Below are positions 1-11,429 of a stretch of DNA of 64,000 bases, in pieces. The stretch spans positions 1,240,180 through 1,304,179 of the forward strand of contig JAQGDQ010000005.1 in NCBI GenBank assembly GCA_030141605.1. Direction: 5' to 3'. Source of the stretch: Tubiluchus corallicola (taxonomy: Eukaryota; Animalia; Priapulida). Position numbers and translations under genes: made by a program. The notes beneath the pieces are model-generated. The model did not search any database, was not told where the DNA came from, and saw only the letters and a program-made list of their open reading frames with translations. The first letter of the stretch is position 1, and each line of letters begins with the position of its first letter.

Positions 1-492
1 CGTTTTGTAATAAAATATGCTTTAATAAATAATAATAATAATAATTAAAAATAAAAACTTTTGAAATTGAAACAATCTGTTGCTGTTTCATTAGTTTGAA
101 TGTCCATGGACTGAGAAAGTATGACATTGTGGTCGTTCATCTTAACACAATTATTATGAAAACCTCTGTCGGCCACAGTGTCGCCCGACTGTAATAAACG
201 TAATATGCCGTGACAGTGGGGTCACAGTGCTCAATAATGTTTCAAGACGCAAGGCCATCCTTCACTATAATTGTTGTGTAATGTATTGCAAAGGTCTAAT
301 GTGTAATGGTCTAACATTTAAAATATAGTCAGTATTGTAGGTAACTGCTAACTGTAGTTATGGAATTTTGAAGTGATACATGTAGTTTGCAATTACGTAA
401 TTTGTACAGGCATTCGGCCTGCACACTATTATAAGGCACACACATTTGTTCTTTAAAGCGAGAATCGAGATCGACAATAACAACTGGCGTAA

Positions 493-762
<270 letters not shown>

Positions 763-3700
763 GATTCATCACACACTGTGAACTATGAATGTTTCTTCAA
801 TTACCTCACTTCATTTGTAACGTGTAATTTTGTGATTTCCGCATCCTGGTATAAGTTGAGCTTCGTTGAGATGCTGAACTGAAATATAGAGGACAGTCTA
901 GAGGCATAATTCAACGTGGCAAGGTTCGGCTTTGGTATAAAGTAACATCTGAAAGGGACAATGGATTCAGCTCTTTTCAGAGTTCAGTTCAGTCATCATG
1001 ACATGTATTTCCATATTTTTGCCTTGTTTTATTTTCTGTGACATATAGTGAGAGAATGATATTAGAAGCTAGTTATGGACAGTAGAATCTAATGTCATTG
1101 AACTAAAGCATTCATCACTGCCACATTAGACAACTGTATTCATATTGCGAGGTCCAGAAAATGTTTGTTAATAAGCTCTATGCTCTGTAATATCAGTTTG
1201 TCAGTTGTTGCGTCGTTTTGTTACTTTTAAATTTGTGCTTAATATTCTGTTATTGCTCTTTGCTGTGCATGTAAATGTCATTTCGAATTTATGTAATTTA
1301 TTTGTGTTTGTAGTATATTATTTGTGCAGAGTGACTGTAAGCAAAACTGAATGTGAATTATAAGCAGCTTTTTGTAAGTTGCATAACATTGTAGAACTAT
1401 CTGCTCCGAGTCCACTCATTCCGCTGTCTATAGGAAGGCAGATTATATTACAACGATGGCGGATGGTTTAACAGACAGAAATGCAAGAAAAAACATCTGC
1501 TGTTTCGCAACGGAATATTATCTCTTCTAGTTGCAGCATTCCTTTGCGTTTTCTTGCTGACGATGGAAGACGGCTATTATCATATCAATACCGGTTTTAT
1601 AATGTAGGCTGCATAATTCTGCTTTCATTAATGACTGACAAGATTTCTGGGCCACGAAGCACGGATAATGACTGCCATGGATGTAACTAAAAAGCCTGTC
1701 TGTATTTATTATTATAGCCGGTGTGATGCAAGGAGTCTCGCCAGTGGATGCTGTTGGGATAACAAACAACTATGTTAGACACGCTGTCAGCTGTTCTCAC
1801 TTCATATTTATGCAATCTGCAGCTAAACCATCTCGAACATTATGCATAAACAACTTGTTACAAACTATTTATTCTTAGATTTGCTGGAATCTAAATTTTC
1901 GGCAAACTGATGTATTTGCATGTGACCTGAGTAAAATTTATGAAAATAAGCAGAATTCTCAGCACTAAATTGTACGGCCTATATACTACGACTACCTATC
2001 AATGGTCAACAATATTTGGTTTTCATGGAATTACATTGTTGCAGTTTATTGCTGCTTATAAAGACATTAAATTCCAAATCAGTCGTAGCATGGTTATAAA
2101 ATGTCTTGCACGCAAGTATTTTGTGAAAAATCTTTATTCTTGTCGAGCCAAGTTTACATGCTGCCTTTGCCTGTGAGTTCTCAGACAACAATGTCAATTT
2201 TACATTGGTAATCTGGTTCGGTCATTGTTGCAAAACATAATTGTATTAAGCTATACATTATCATAGAACTTGAAACTGTAAATTTGTGTGTAGTAATTAG
2301 ACATAGGTTATGTTAAGTGCCATGCATTTCACAGGGTAACATTAACTTAAAAGAAAACTATCAAAGAACTGGGCGTATTACAGCCAGTATCGAAACAGTA
2401 TGTGTTATTGTACTTATCGAAATTCATAAACTAATTGCGTAGCTAAAAGCACATCAGGAAGATGTAGTAGACAAAATGTGAATGTTTAATAATGCACCGG
2501 TATGTAGCTATTAATCGTTTTTTGAAAAAATTATTGTATATTAATATACTGCGCTTTTACACATAATGTATAATTGTGTATGTACATTATTAGTCACCAT
2601 CATAGTCAAAGACAACTTTACTAAATGTAACTTTTTGTTGGCCGTGCTACATTGTAATGTATGCAATCATGTAAGCAGTATCTTGTCTACTTGCATGTAT
2701 ATTTGTTGTGTAACTGATAATTAGCATGACAGAATTATTTAATTTCAAAGGAAAAGTGAGACAATATAATTGTTGTACATATTATATAATTATATATCTA
2801 TATTGTGTTTCTAAAGCTTGAAAGTCCAACGAAATGCAGATAGTTAGTGCGCAAATGTGCTTGTGATTAGGTATATGTTTCTCAGTACAGTGTATCACTA
2901 ATTGTCAAAATTTGGTGAAATCTATATTTCCCAGATTTGACTGAGTTTAGGACTGCACATTTGTGTACATAATTTTAAATGCAGATGCAAGGTAAGGTTA
3001 GTCTGTAAAACTGTTAAAAAGGCATATTTAGCATAAATCTTTAATGGGCAGCAGTACCCAGTTTAAGACATAACTCTGCTCCATAGTCTAAAAGATTTGT
3101 AAGAGAAAATAAATTTTTTTTAATTACTAAATGCACTAACAAACAGTGAAGGCTAATTTCATTAGCTTTTCATTGTTGCACTTTCTCGGCCATGCATTCT
3201 TGGTGTTACAATGCTTGCTTCCCGGAAAGTACCTTTGATCAAGAAAACAAAACCCAGCCGTGACGTCAGAGCAGCAGGTTGGGCTCATGCTTAAAATAAT
3301 AGGTCAAATGAGCTATGGTCTAAAAACTGTTCTGTTTTCGTCGCTTGAGTTTAGGCTAAATAAACCATTGTTACAACATTCATTAAGACGATAAGACCCA
3401 ATGCATCTGAAGACTTGGAATAATGTAACAGAATTTCAAACAAATATGTACTTATTTATAGTAATACCTAAACCACTTCCTGTGAAAATGGCCAATAAAA
3501 AGGTGCCAGTGGCTGACGACACTGCCCTTGGATCATCCCTTACCTTCCTCATCTGCGACTATAACATAGAGTATTGCGTAGGCACTTATTCTGCAAGTCA
3601 TACTAGAGATAAAGCCAGCTTCTTTATGACCAGTTTTCTTGGTATTGATTTATTTATGCATTGTTGTATAAACATGAAAATTTTACAGTAAGTACAAGTC

Positions 3701-5600
3701 CTGTAGTGTGATACGTAACTGTTTTTATCTATAGAAGTTACCATTGTTCTATTGTTCTCTGTACAAACTTTGTATGATTTTGACCATGAAAACTGTTGAA
3801 TATAAGACTATTATTATTGTTTTTATTGCTATTACTGTGAATTTATGTCTGTTTAGTTGATTAGCTGTCTCCGTATGTTTTGTCAGGAACGCTTTACCAA
3901 TGTTCATCGAGATTTCCTTTATCTGACCATATTTTAAGAGATAGTAATTAGGTGATGTATTGCAATTAGAGCCTTGTGCTATTTGGATGATGGAAATCTT
4001 GATTTTGGATAAGCATCTCTCACATGCCTTAGTATAGCAGTATCTCTGTTTTTATATGTTGGTTTGTTATTATTTTTTGTGATGGTTCGCAATATTTTGA
4101 ACTAGTTCTGTTAACGATTTAAATTCTAAATTTAGATGGAGATTGTTATTTTGTGGTTTATATTGCACAGTTATTGTGCACAGACAACTATGACTAATCA
4201 TGTAATAACTTTAATTGTTGTCCATCGTTTTCATCTTTTAATAATAATTTTGTTTATAATGTCATTTGTATAATTATGTTTTGTCATGGAGCGATATTTT
4301 TCCATTTATGCTTTAAAATTTTAATGTTACGAGTCATAATCGTGAAGATTTGAAAGTTGGTTAGTACAAACTGTTTCATAATTATTTTTACCTCTATTTA
4401 TGTACCAAAAATGCTAAAATGCCAAAAACATGCATGATTAACATATAGCCGCATTTGATTTGCGATTCGGAAAACATAGTTTTACTTAGGACAATTCTCT
4501 GAATCTTGAAATGTTGTAGATAGGCCAAACCAAGAATTATTTTGTATTTGCAATGTCGCAAATTGCTTTTACCGAACTCGTAGATGGTAGAATTTTCTAG
4601 TCTGTTTTGATGACACTTGGCGTTGGTAACTTAAGGTTAAAGGTATTTGTTTGATTTATGCCATGCTCTTCAGAAAGCTAATACGTTCTGCATGAAAGAG
4701 TGCCAGAGTGTTGTCAAAACATACTTAGAAAGCCTCTTCTTTTCTGTTCTTTATTAGGGTTCTGGTTTTAACTGTTGTGGTGATCCATGTTAGCAGCTAC
4801 GTGACTGTGCATAGTACTGTAAGATATGAAAATTTCGCTTGTTTGTTTGCCTGTAACAAAATGTTTTACGAAACATTTTTGCCTGAGTAAAACCACTCAC
4901 AGAAATTTTCCGTAATACATTTTTCCTAAATTCCCAAAAAAATTAACGCGTATATGTTATAACATGTTTTACGGTACTTCCTAACAGTATTAACACACGC
5001 ATAGTTTCGCTTAGCTATTGTCTGTTGAGATATCATCAAAATTTAATTTTTATTGAATGACTAGTAGTTTGTATTGTAATGACTGTCGGTGACACTGTTG
5101 ACTTTTTCTTTTGGATGAACACAGGATCATAGAATTGTGTAAATTCTGCAACAACACGCCGTGCGAGTAATTATAGCTCTTAACGAAATTTAGAGAACTA
5201 GGTTTTGCTATGTACCATTATCCTGGTTAGTTGTTAGAGGTTTGTTCCTGAATATTCAGAATCAAAATTTTATTTCTAGGTCGTGAACATTGTAAAACTA
5301 GTAATTGAATTATTTTGTAGCTTTCCCTGGTACTATTTCTATGTGGAATTGTTTCTTGAAGTAGCTTGATATTATTTTTTACACACTAACTTATCGACGA
5401 AACTTTTAAAAGGGAAATCTTGAGAATAAGGCGCACCGTTTTTGATAACTTCTGAAAAAGTACGCATTTGAGATTGTTCCGTCGGGATTTGTTTTTAAGT
5501 TGCTATATCGATGTCATAAAAAAGGCACCGCATTAATAACCCGAAAAAAGACCTACATGATCCTGCAAAATGGCATGTCACATTGAATAAATAAATCTAG
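763..5600 (+). other. Putative long 3' UTR / downstream region of KLF6/7
   Basis: T/GT-rich + strand composition after the stop codon, TGTACATA Pumilio-type elements at 2774 and 2964, AATAAA at 5586-5591; true end is uncertain. Confidence 0.35.
3194..3306. promoter_or_regulatory. Candidate signal-responsive enhancer (TEAD-like, STAT, TCF/LEF, CRE, nuclear receptor half-site)
   Basis: GCATTCT 3194-3200, TTCCCGGAA 3219-3227, CCTTTGATC 3232-3240, TGACGTCA 3261-3268, TAGGTCA 3300-3306 within 115 bp. Confidence 0.45.
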
Positions 5601-7234
5601 CATTACCTCTTAAGTGTTTTATTCTGACTGCAATCTGTAGCTTTCAAAACTACAAAACGTCTGACCAGAGTTGCCATCACGAACAAACCATGTAAAAGCG
5701 AGGTCATTCTATTGGTCAAATGACTTAATCCTTAAAAATATTCATGTGGCTTAAGATCTGCCCTCTGGCTATAAATGAGGAAACGCTAACCATCACAATA
5801 GGATGCTTAGTGTCGTAAATAAACCAAGTTTAGTTTGAAGGTCGTGTAGATATAGCCTTTTAGTGTTTGTTCTCTTGCAGTCCCTAGATTATTTCTGTTT
5901 TACCAGTCACTATAATCGCTTTTGGATTTAATAGCTATGAATTAATTAATGCAAACGAACTATTAGTCGGAAATCTGCCGTTACATTTGTGGTCAAAACC
6001 GACAACTAACCAGTCTTTAATGGTACAAGAGCACTGTGGATGAAGGTAGAGATTAGAACACTTCTTCCATCTCTTCTAAGAGAATATTCCAGTATTCGTA
6101 ATAATAATACTTGTCATTAATAATCTTGTAATGATTTATTGATTAGTTGAGATTTGGCCTGTTACCGAATATCTAACTCTTAGTCGAGCGTACGCCTCAG
6201 AGATACACGGGGAATAATTAGCACAACTTCTGAGTATGCGTGCAGATTATGCACAATGTGTGCGTATGCACTGCATAAACCCTTACATAGAACCACCCTG
6301 CTTTTATTGTTACCGTCTTACTCATCACAAGCCTTTAGGCACCAAGTATTTTTCAATGGTTAAATATCAGCAATGGAAGTCATTTGGCAAAAATTCTTGA
6401 AATGCTTCTTAATGGCGTGGTTCACTTGTGCAGTAGTGCGTGCGCATATATTAACACAGATAAACAGACGAGATGCTCAAAGTGTTATTTTTAGTCAGCA
6501 CAATCTCTGGGACGGGTTTGACTTTTTTCAGGTAACATGCCAAATCACTTTGTCTTGCATAAAATCATGTCGAATTTGTAAGTATGACGATGATAATAAA
6601 TTTTGATTTTGAAATTCTCTGTATTTGGTTTTTTTCTTTTGTAATACACGTATTGGCCGCACTACAAAAAGGCTTGCTAGCAACATAGCACTCTAATATG
6701 CCATAGATGATATGTGCACTTGATAAACTTTTTCATCACATGCTTCACAGCAGCCACACTGGCCTGGTTTTGACGTAATCTTACTTCTGTCAACCGTGGT
6801 TTCATAATTTCACAAACTGGACAAAAGTTTAAACAAAGGGTTATAAAGCCGAGTGATGAAGGCGTTGCATTTGTTACTAACTCACTGTTTACATAGATAA
6901 CACCGTGTAATACTCGCAGTCTGCCTGAAATCACTGCTTTATTGTCGTTACTATATACATACTATACCATAATTCGCAGTTACTACATGCATTATATATA
7001 TATTGTTTTTTATTATCGTTACATCGTCTGGTTGTATTATTTTTACGATACATTTTAATCGAGCATGCGCCAAAATGAAATTAATTACCGTTAAGTAAGT
7101 GAATATGAACATGCTGCTTTTAAAGTAATTAGGAATTCTGCACCTTTTAAACTTGCATTGATCCAAAACATGGTTGAGCTCAAGCTTTAGAATAGACTAT
7201 TTAATATGATTGTCTGCCACAGGCTCAGCTTTAT

Positions 7235-7247
7235 CGCCATCTAGCGG
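7235..7247 (-). promoter_or_regulatory. CTCF-binding motif between the convergent KLF6/7 and OSBPL genes
   Basis: CGCCATCTAGCGG (reverse CCGCTAGATGGCG) matches the CTCF core consensus. Confidence 0.55.
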
Positions 7248-8671
7248 GAGAATAACGTGCATTCCAGACAGCAGTTTTCATTTACTCGTGGTAATCGCAT
7301 TTCAGTTTACTTAAAATATTTAATTACCCCGGTTTGCTGAGGCATAAAACGGTGTTAGAGCAGCGCCCACTTTGCACTTACTGACGAGGAAGGGACAACT
7401 GTTTCATTATAAATTCCAGGGGTAATAATTCCGACTGACCTTGAGCCTTGGACTAAGCCCTATAAACAAGTAAACAACAATGCGGCCATCATTTCAAGAG
7501 TGGGCGCTTGTAGTACCTTTATAACCATAGCAGTTTGCGGATTTGAATAAATACTCTTACTTTACGAGTTTATTTAAAATTAAGCAAAAGAGTGTAACAG
7601 TAACCAATACTTAGTTTTAAAAACTTTTAAACACCAAAAAACATACAAGACAAGTCATTAAAATTACTCTGATATACAATCATAATCATTTATTATATTA
7701 TTATACAATAAAAATGGCATCTTACCATCTAGCATAATTTTAATAAAAAATTACTACCAATACAGAACTATGAAGGCTCCATTTTTATAAATAAGCATCC
7801 CTGTTTATTTATAGCTATGTGGAATATGGAATAGTGGAAGATGGCTTTTGTGTGGCAACAGTGCACGAGTAGAGGTAAAAATTATTTTTTTAAGAATACA
7901 GCCCAGTTATAAGCTATTTGCTGACTGAAGTCTAGCAAAGAGTTGAAAGAAATTTGTATTATATCCAGAGTGCAAAAAGTTGGAGCGCACAAGTCCATTG
8001 ACAGTCCATAAGAGACCCCTGCTGGTCACTCCTAAACATTCCAGTAGGTGCATGAAGGGTACGTTCTTTAAAATACACCCAGGCAGTTTAACTTATGCTT
8101 CATATTGCATTTTAATTTGCACTTTAGTATAGTATATAAACGGAATTAGCAGGAAAAATTTTGTTTATGTACTCTTATTATTGATGGGATACTCTTAACG
8201 ACAGAATTGGTGTGAGGTCTTCCTACCTGGTGCATCAGCTGGAAAATTCAACAACCCAAAAAATGAATCTCCAATAAACTACCGATGCCAAACCTTTTCC
8301 ACTTGACATGTAAATAATCTTCAGTTAAACACAGAACCTGATAAGTATAATGTGGCGCCATCGCTTGAGGGCAGTAAACATTATCACTCTTACAACAGAT
8401 TGTTATCTAGATAATATCTAAATACATAACCGAAGCTTTTATTATGAAACATTTACATAGTAATGGCAATTACTAACCAGACAACGGTGCGTAAAAAGTT
8501 CCTTAAAATATACAATACTTCTGGGCCTAAGGCAGTAGGTGAGTGGTCATGGTGTGACTACTTAATGACTGAAGTTAAGCAATTATCAGGACGTTGGACA
8601 ATCTTAGAAACAGCCTTTAGGTGGCTTTGATCTTATTTGCCAGCTCCAGCTATTCCTCTTATCGAGGGAGG

Positions 8672-8691
8672 ATATATATATATATATATAT
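8672..8691. repeat. (AT)n microsatellite
   Basis: about 10 AT units. Confidence 0.8.
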
Positions 8692-10538
8692 GCACGTATA
8701 TACACCTTGATTCATATGCACCTATGCTAATTCACGGTCTGATCTTAAAAGAATATCCTTGATAAATAGTAAGGTTCTTGTAACCATCCAAATTAAGAAA
8801 GTCCTGTTGGTCAATGTCTGGTTGTGAGTTCAAGCCGTGTAAAAACGCACTACAAATTCCATTAAAATTTGATTTATAAAAGTGAGTTTAGTTTAAACTG
8901 ACAAAAATACTATAACAGATATTTTCCTACAGTAGAAATGTGTCTTACTTTAATTAGGAATGGAGGACTATAACCCTGTAGGAAAAAATCTTCTTAAAAT
9001 GCCAATAAACACTTTTACTTGTAATTTCAAATGTTACTGTCACACTGCTTTAGTTATAAGAAACAGAATGAGTGAACAGAGTAATAAAAACAATAGAGGC
9101 ACTGCTTACAGGTAACAAAATGGTCAAGTTGTTTAATTAAAAGTTAAAGTCAAAATCTTTACAAAGCTGCCTTAAACGAAATTAATGACCAGAACAGTTG
9201 TACATTCAATGTGCTTAAGTGATCTTACATTTGTTGGGTTCAAACTTTTTAAATCTTACCAGTTTCATTTATGTTAAAGTACCGAAGGCAATTATGGTTT
9301 TGTATAATACTGACTTCTGTACAAAATACTTACATGGGGCTCGCTAGCATAAGGTTTCTAAAAGTGTGATAAAAATTTCGGCGCAGTACTATTTAGACAT
9401 AAGAAGCAAAGCATCTTTGCTTACTCCAGTACCTAAAACAAGCTGGTCCGTGTCCTGTATAGTTTACCGAAAGTGACAGGTGAAACATTTTGGGGTTCTT
9501 AAACATAGAGCCAAACCATTTTTCGCAAACACAACATGGCAACTGGAAGATTAAAATGTCTATAATCTCACCGATAACTACAGTACTTGCCTTTTTGAAA
9601 CACGTAAAATAAAAATTGAGGAAAAGTGAAACATTTGCAGGACTAAACTTGTCACATGCTGACTAAAAACCTGTTGCCTAAATACAAGTACATATAGAAA
9701 CCACAAACTGTTGATGTTGACGGTAAACACTTGACTAAAGGAAAACAGAATGGTTTGTCAGACCATACTGCATTTTGATTTTTGATCCATGGTCTAATGT
9801 AAATGCTTCATTATCTACAGTAATTACCAAGAATGTTTCTGGTGATCAAATATTATCTTAGAAACTTAATGAGTTGTCAGCAAGCATAGCCAGCGATCAC
9901 GTCAGTGTTGAGGAAAATTATCCTACTACATATTTCGCTCATGTCCAAAAAAGCAAAAGTTTAAATAGGCATTGGTGTGCGGCACTCATAATGAAAAACA
10001 AACTGAAAAATTTCAAGTTCAACTTCAGCATGTCAAAGTTGAAGTTTATCACTGGGCTAATATTGATGAAAGGATCAATGTTACCAGGTTGCCTGACGTC
10101 GTGACTAAGTTTCATTCAGCTGATCCAGTACAGTGCTAAAATGTGCAAGAAATGCTGAATATCTCTACATATTTCTAAAAAGCAAGCACTGTAGCATATC
10201 TAAATACATATGGCTGATGACAGCATGCGACAAATAGGGTTCTGTAGTAATAATTATTTAATGCAAGTCATCATTAAAAACAATATTTTCCCTTTCAGCA
10301 TGTTAGACTGTTAGATCATTCTGAACTATGGCCTAAAATGTGGTACTGTATTCCTTTAACTTTTAAATTTACCTTAGTTCACAACTAATATCTTGGATCT
10401 AAAAGTAACTTGAAGCACAAGAAAACCCTTCATAAACATAAAGCTTAAAAAAATTGTTTTGAAATTTTATATCACTTACATACTGCCTTTTTGCGTGCAG
10501 GACTTCAATCGGCAGTGACATTGTATAAAACATGTAAA

Positions 10539-10979
10539 TTTAAACTCCCGCGAGTGATGACCATTAGATGCAGTCATTTTCACGACAGGTCATTTGAAAC
10601 AAGTTTAGGTAACATTTTGCAAAGTTTGAAAAAATAATCAGAGCATTCGTAGCACACCAGTCACTAACTAAATAAAATTTAAAATTACTGTATCTGGTCA
10701 ATAAGATAAAAAATATGTTTTTTGGTTAAGTGAGTGGTGCACCCTGGAGGGTGAGTCAGCGAAATTTTACCAATTGGTCAAAACATTTTAAATAATTAAT
10801 AATTTTCTTTTCTAGTTACATAAGTCTTTCTAGCAGGTAAGAGAAAATCTAAGTAACATAGATTTGCACGGAAAGTCTTTTGAGACATAATTTAACATTG
10901 CCTTTTCTTCCCTTGATTTACGTTTAGTACATGACGTCATGTAATGGCGACATCGGAACAGTATCGCAGGAGATTTAAA
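10539..10979. mobile_element. Degenerate non-autonomous DNA transposon with TTAA-flanked imperfect TIRs
   Basis: Left TTTAAACTCCCGCGAG..GATGACCATTA versus reverse complement of right end TTTAAATCTCCTGCGA..GATGTCGCCATTA. Confidence 0.45.
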
Positions 10980-11335
10980 ATGAAACCAAACTAAAATTCC
11001 TTTCAGTGAGAGTAAGATATACGCCTAAAATTGCTATACGGTAATATAATTTTTTAAGGCGACTTTTCTGAAATCTACTTCAGGTATCCCTTTTCTTGTC
11101 CTTTAAAACAAGCAAAAATTAAACATTATGTGTCACATTATACTGCTATTCCTACTAGTACCTGTGTCATATTATAAAACCTGTAATTCTGCACAGTTAA
11201 TTAATAACGTTAATTATAATTATTTATACATGTGAGTATAATTAACAAGAACTGTGATAACTTCCTGTACATATAAAAAATACCTCTAATTTGATATAAC
11301 AAGATGACTGACTATGTATTGCACATGTGCAAAGG

Positions 11336-11429
11336 TCACCAAAGCTTTGCGAAAGTCAAATTCATAAAACCAGGCTCCTTCCTTTGTTTCCAATACAAAC
11401 CATTGTACACGTATGTCTCATCTTTTTGT
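11336..11429 (-). CDS. OSBPL3/6/7: OSBPL terminal coding exon
   Basis: tttacag acceptor; (K)[30 protein letters not shown]. Confidence 0.9.

Noticed and set aside
7381-7406. CTGACGAG hammerhead-like core
   Set aside because: No downstream stem II plus GAAA on the same strand; GTTTC is in the wrong orientation
8565-8615. GAAGTTAAGCAA similarity to 5S rRNA / 5S-derived SINE
   Set aside because: Match too short and degenerate to support a call
11309-11338. OSBPL TGA-C stop as readthrough candidate
   Set aside because: Context is TGA CCT, not TGA CTA(G); extension would be only 8 codons
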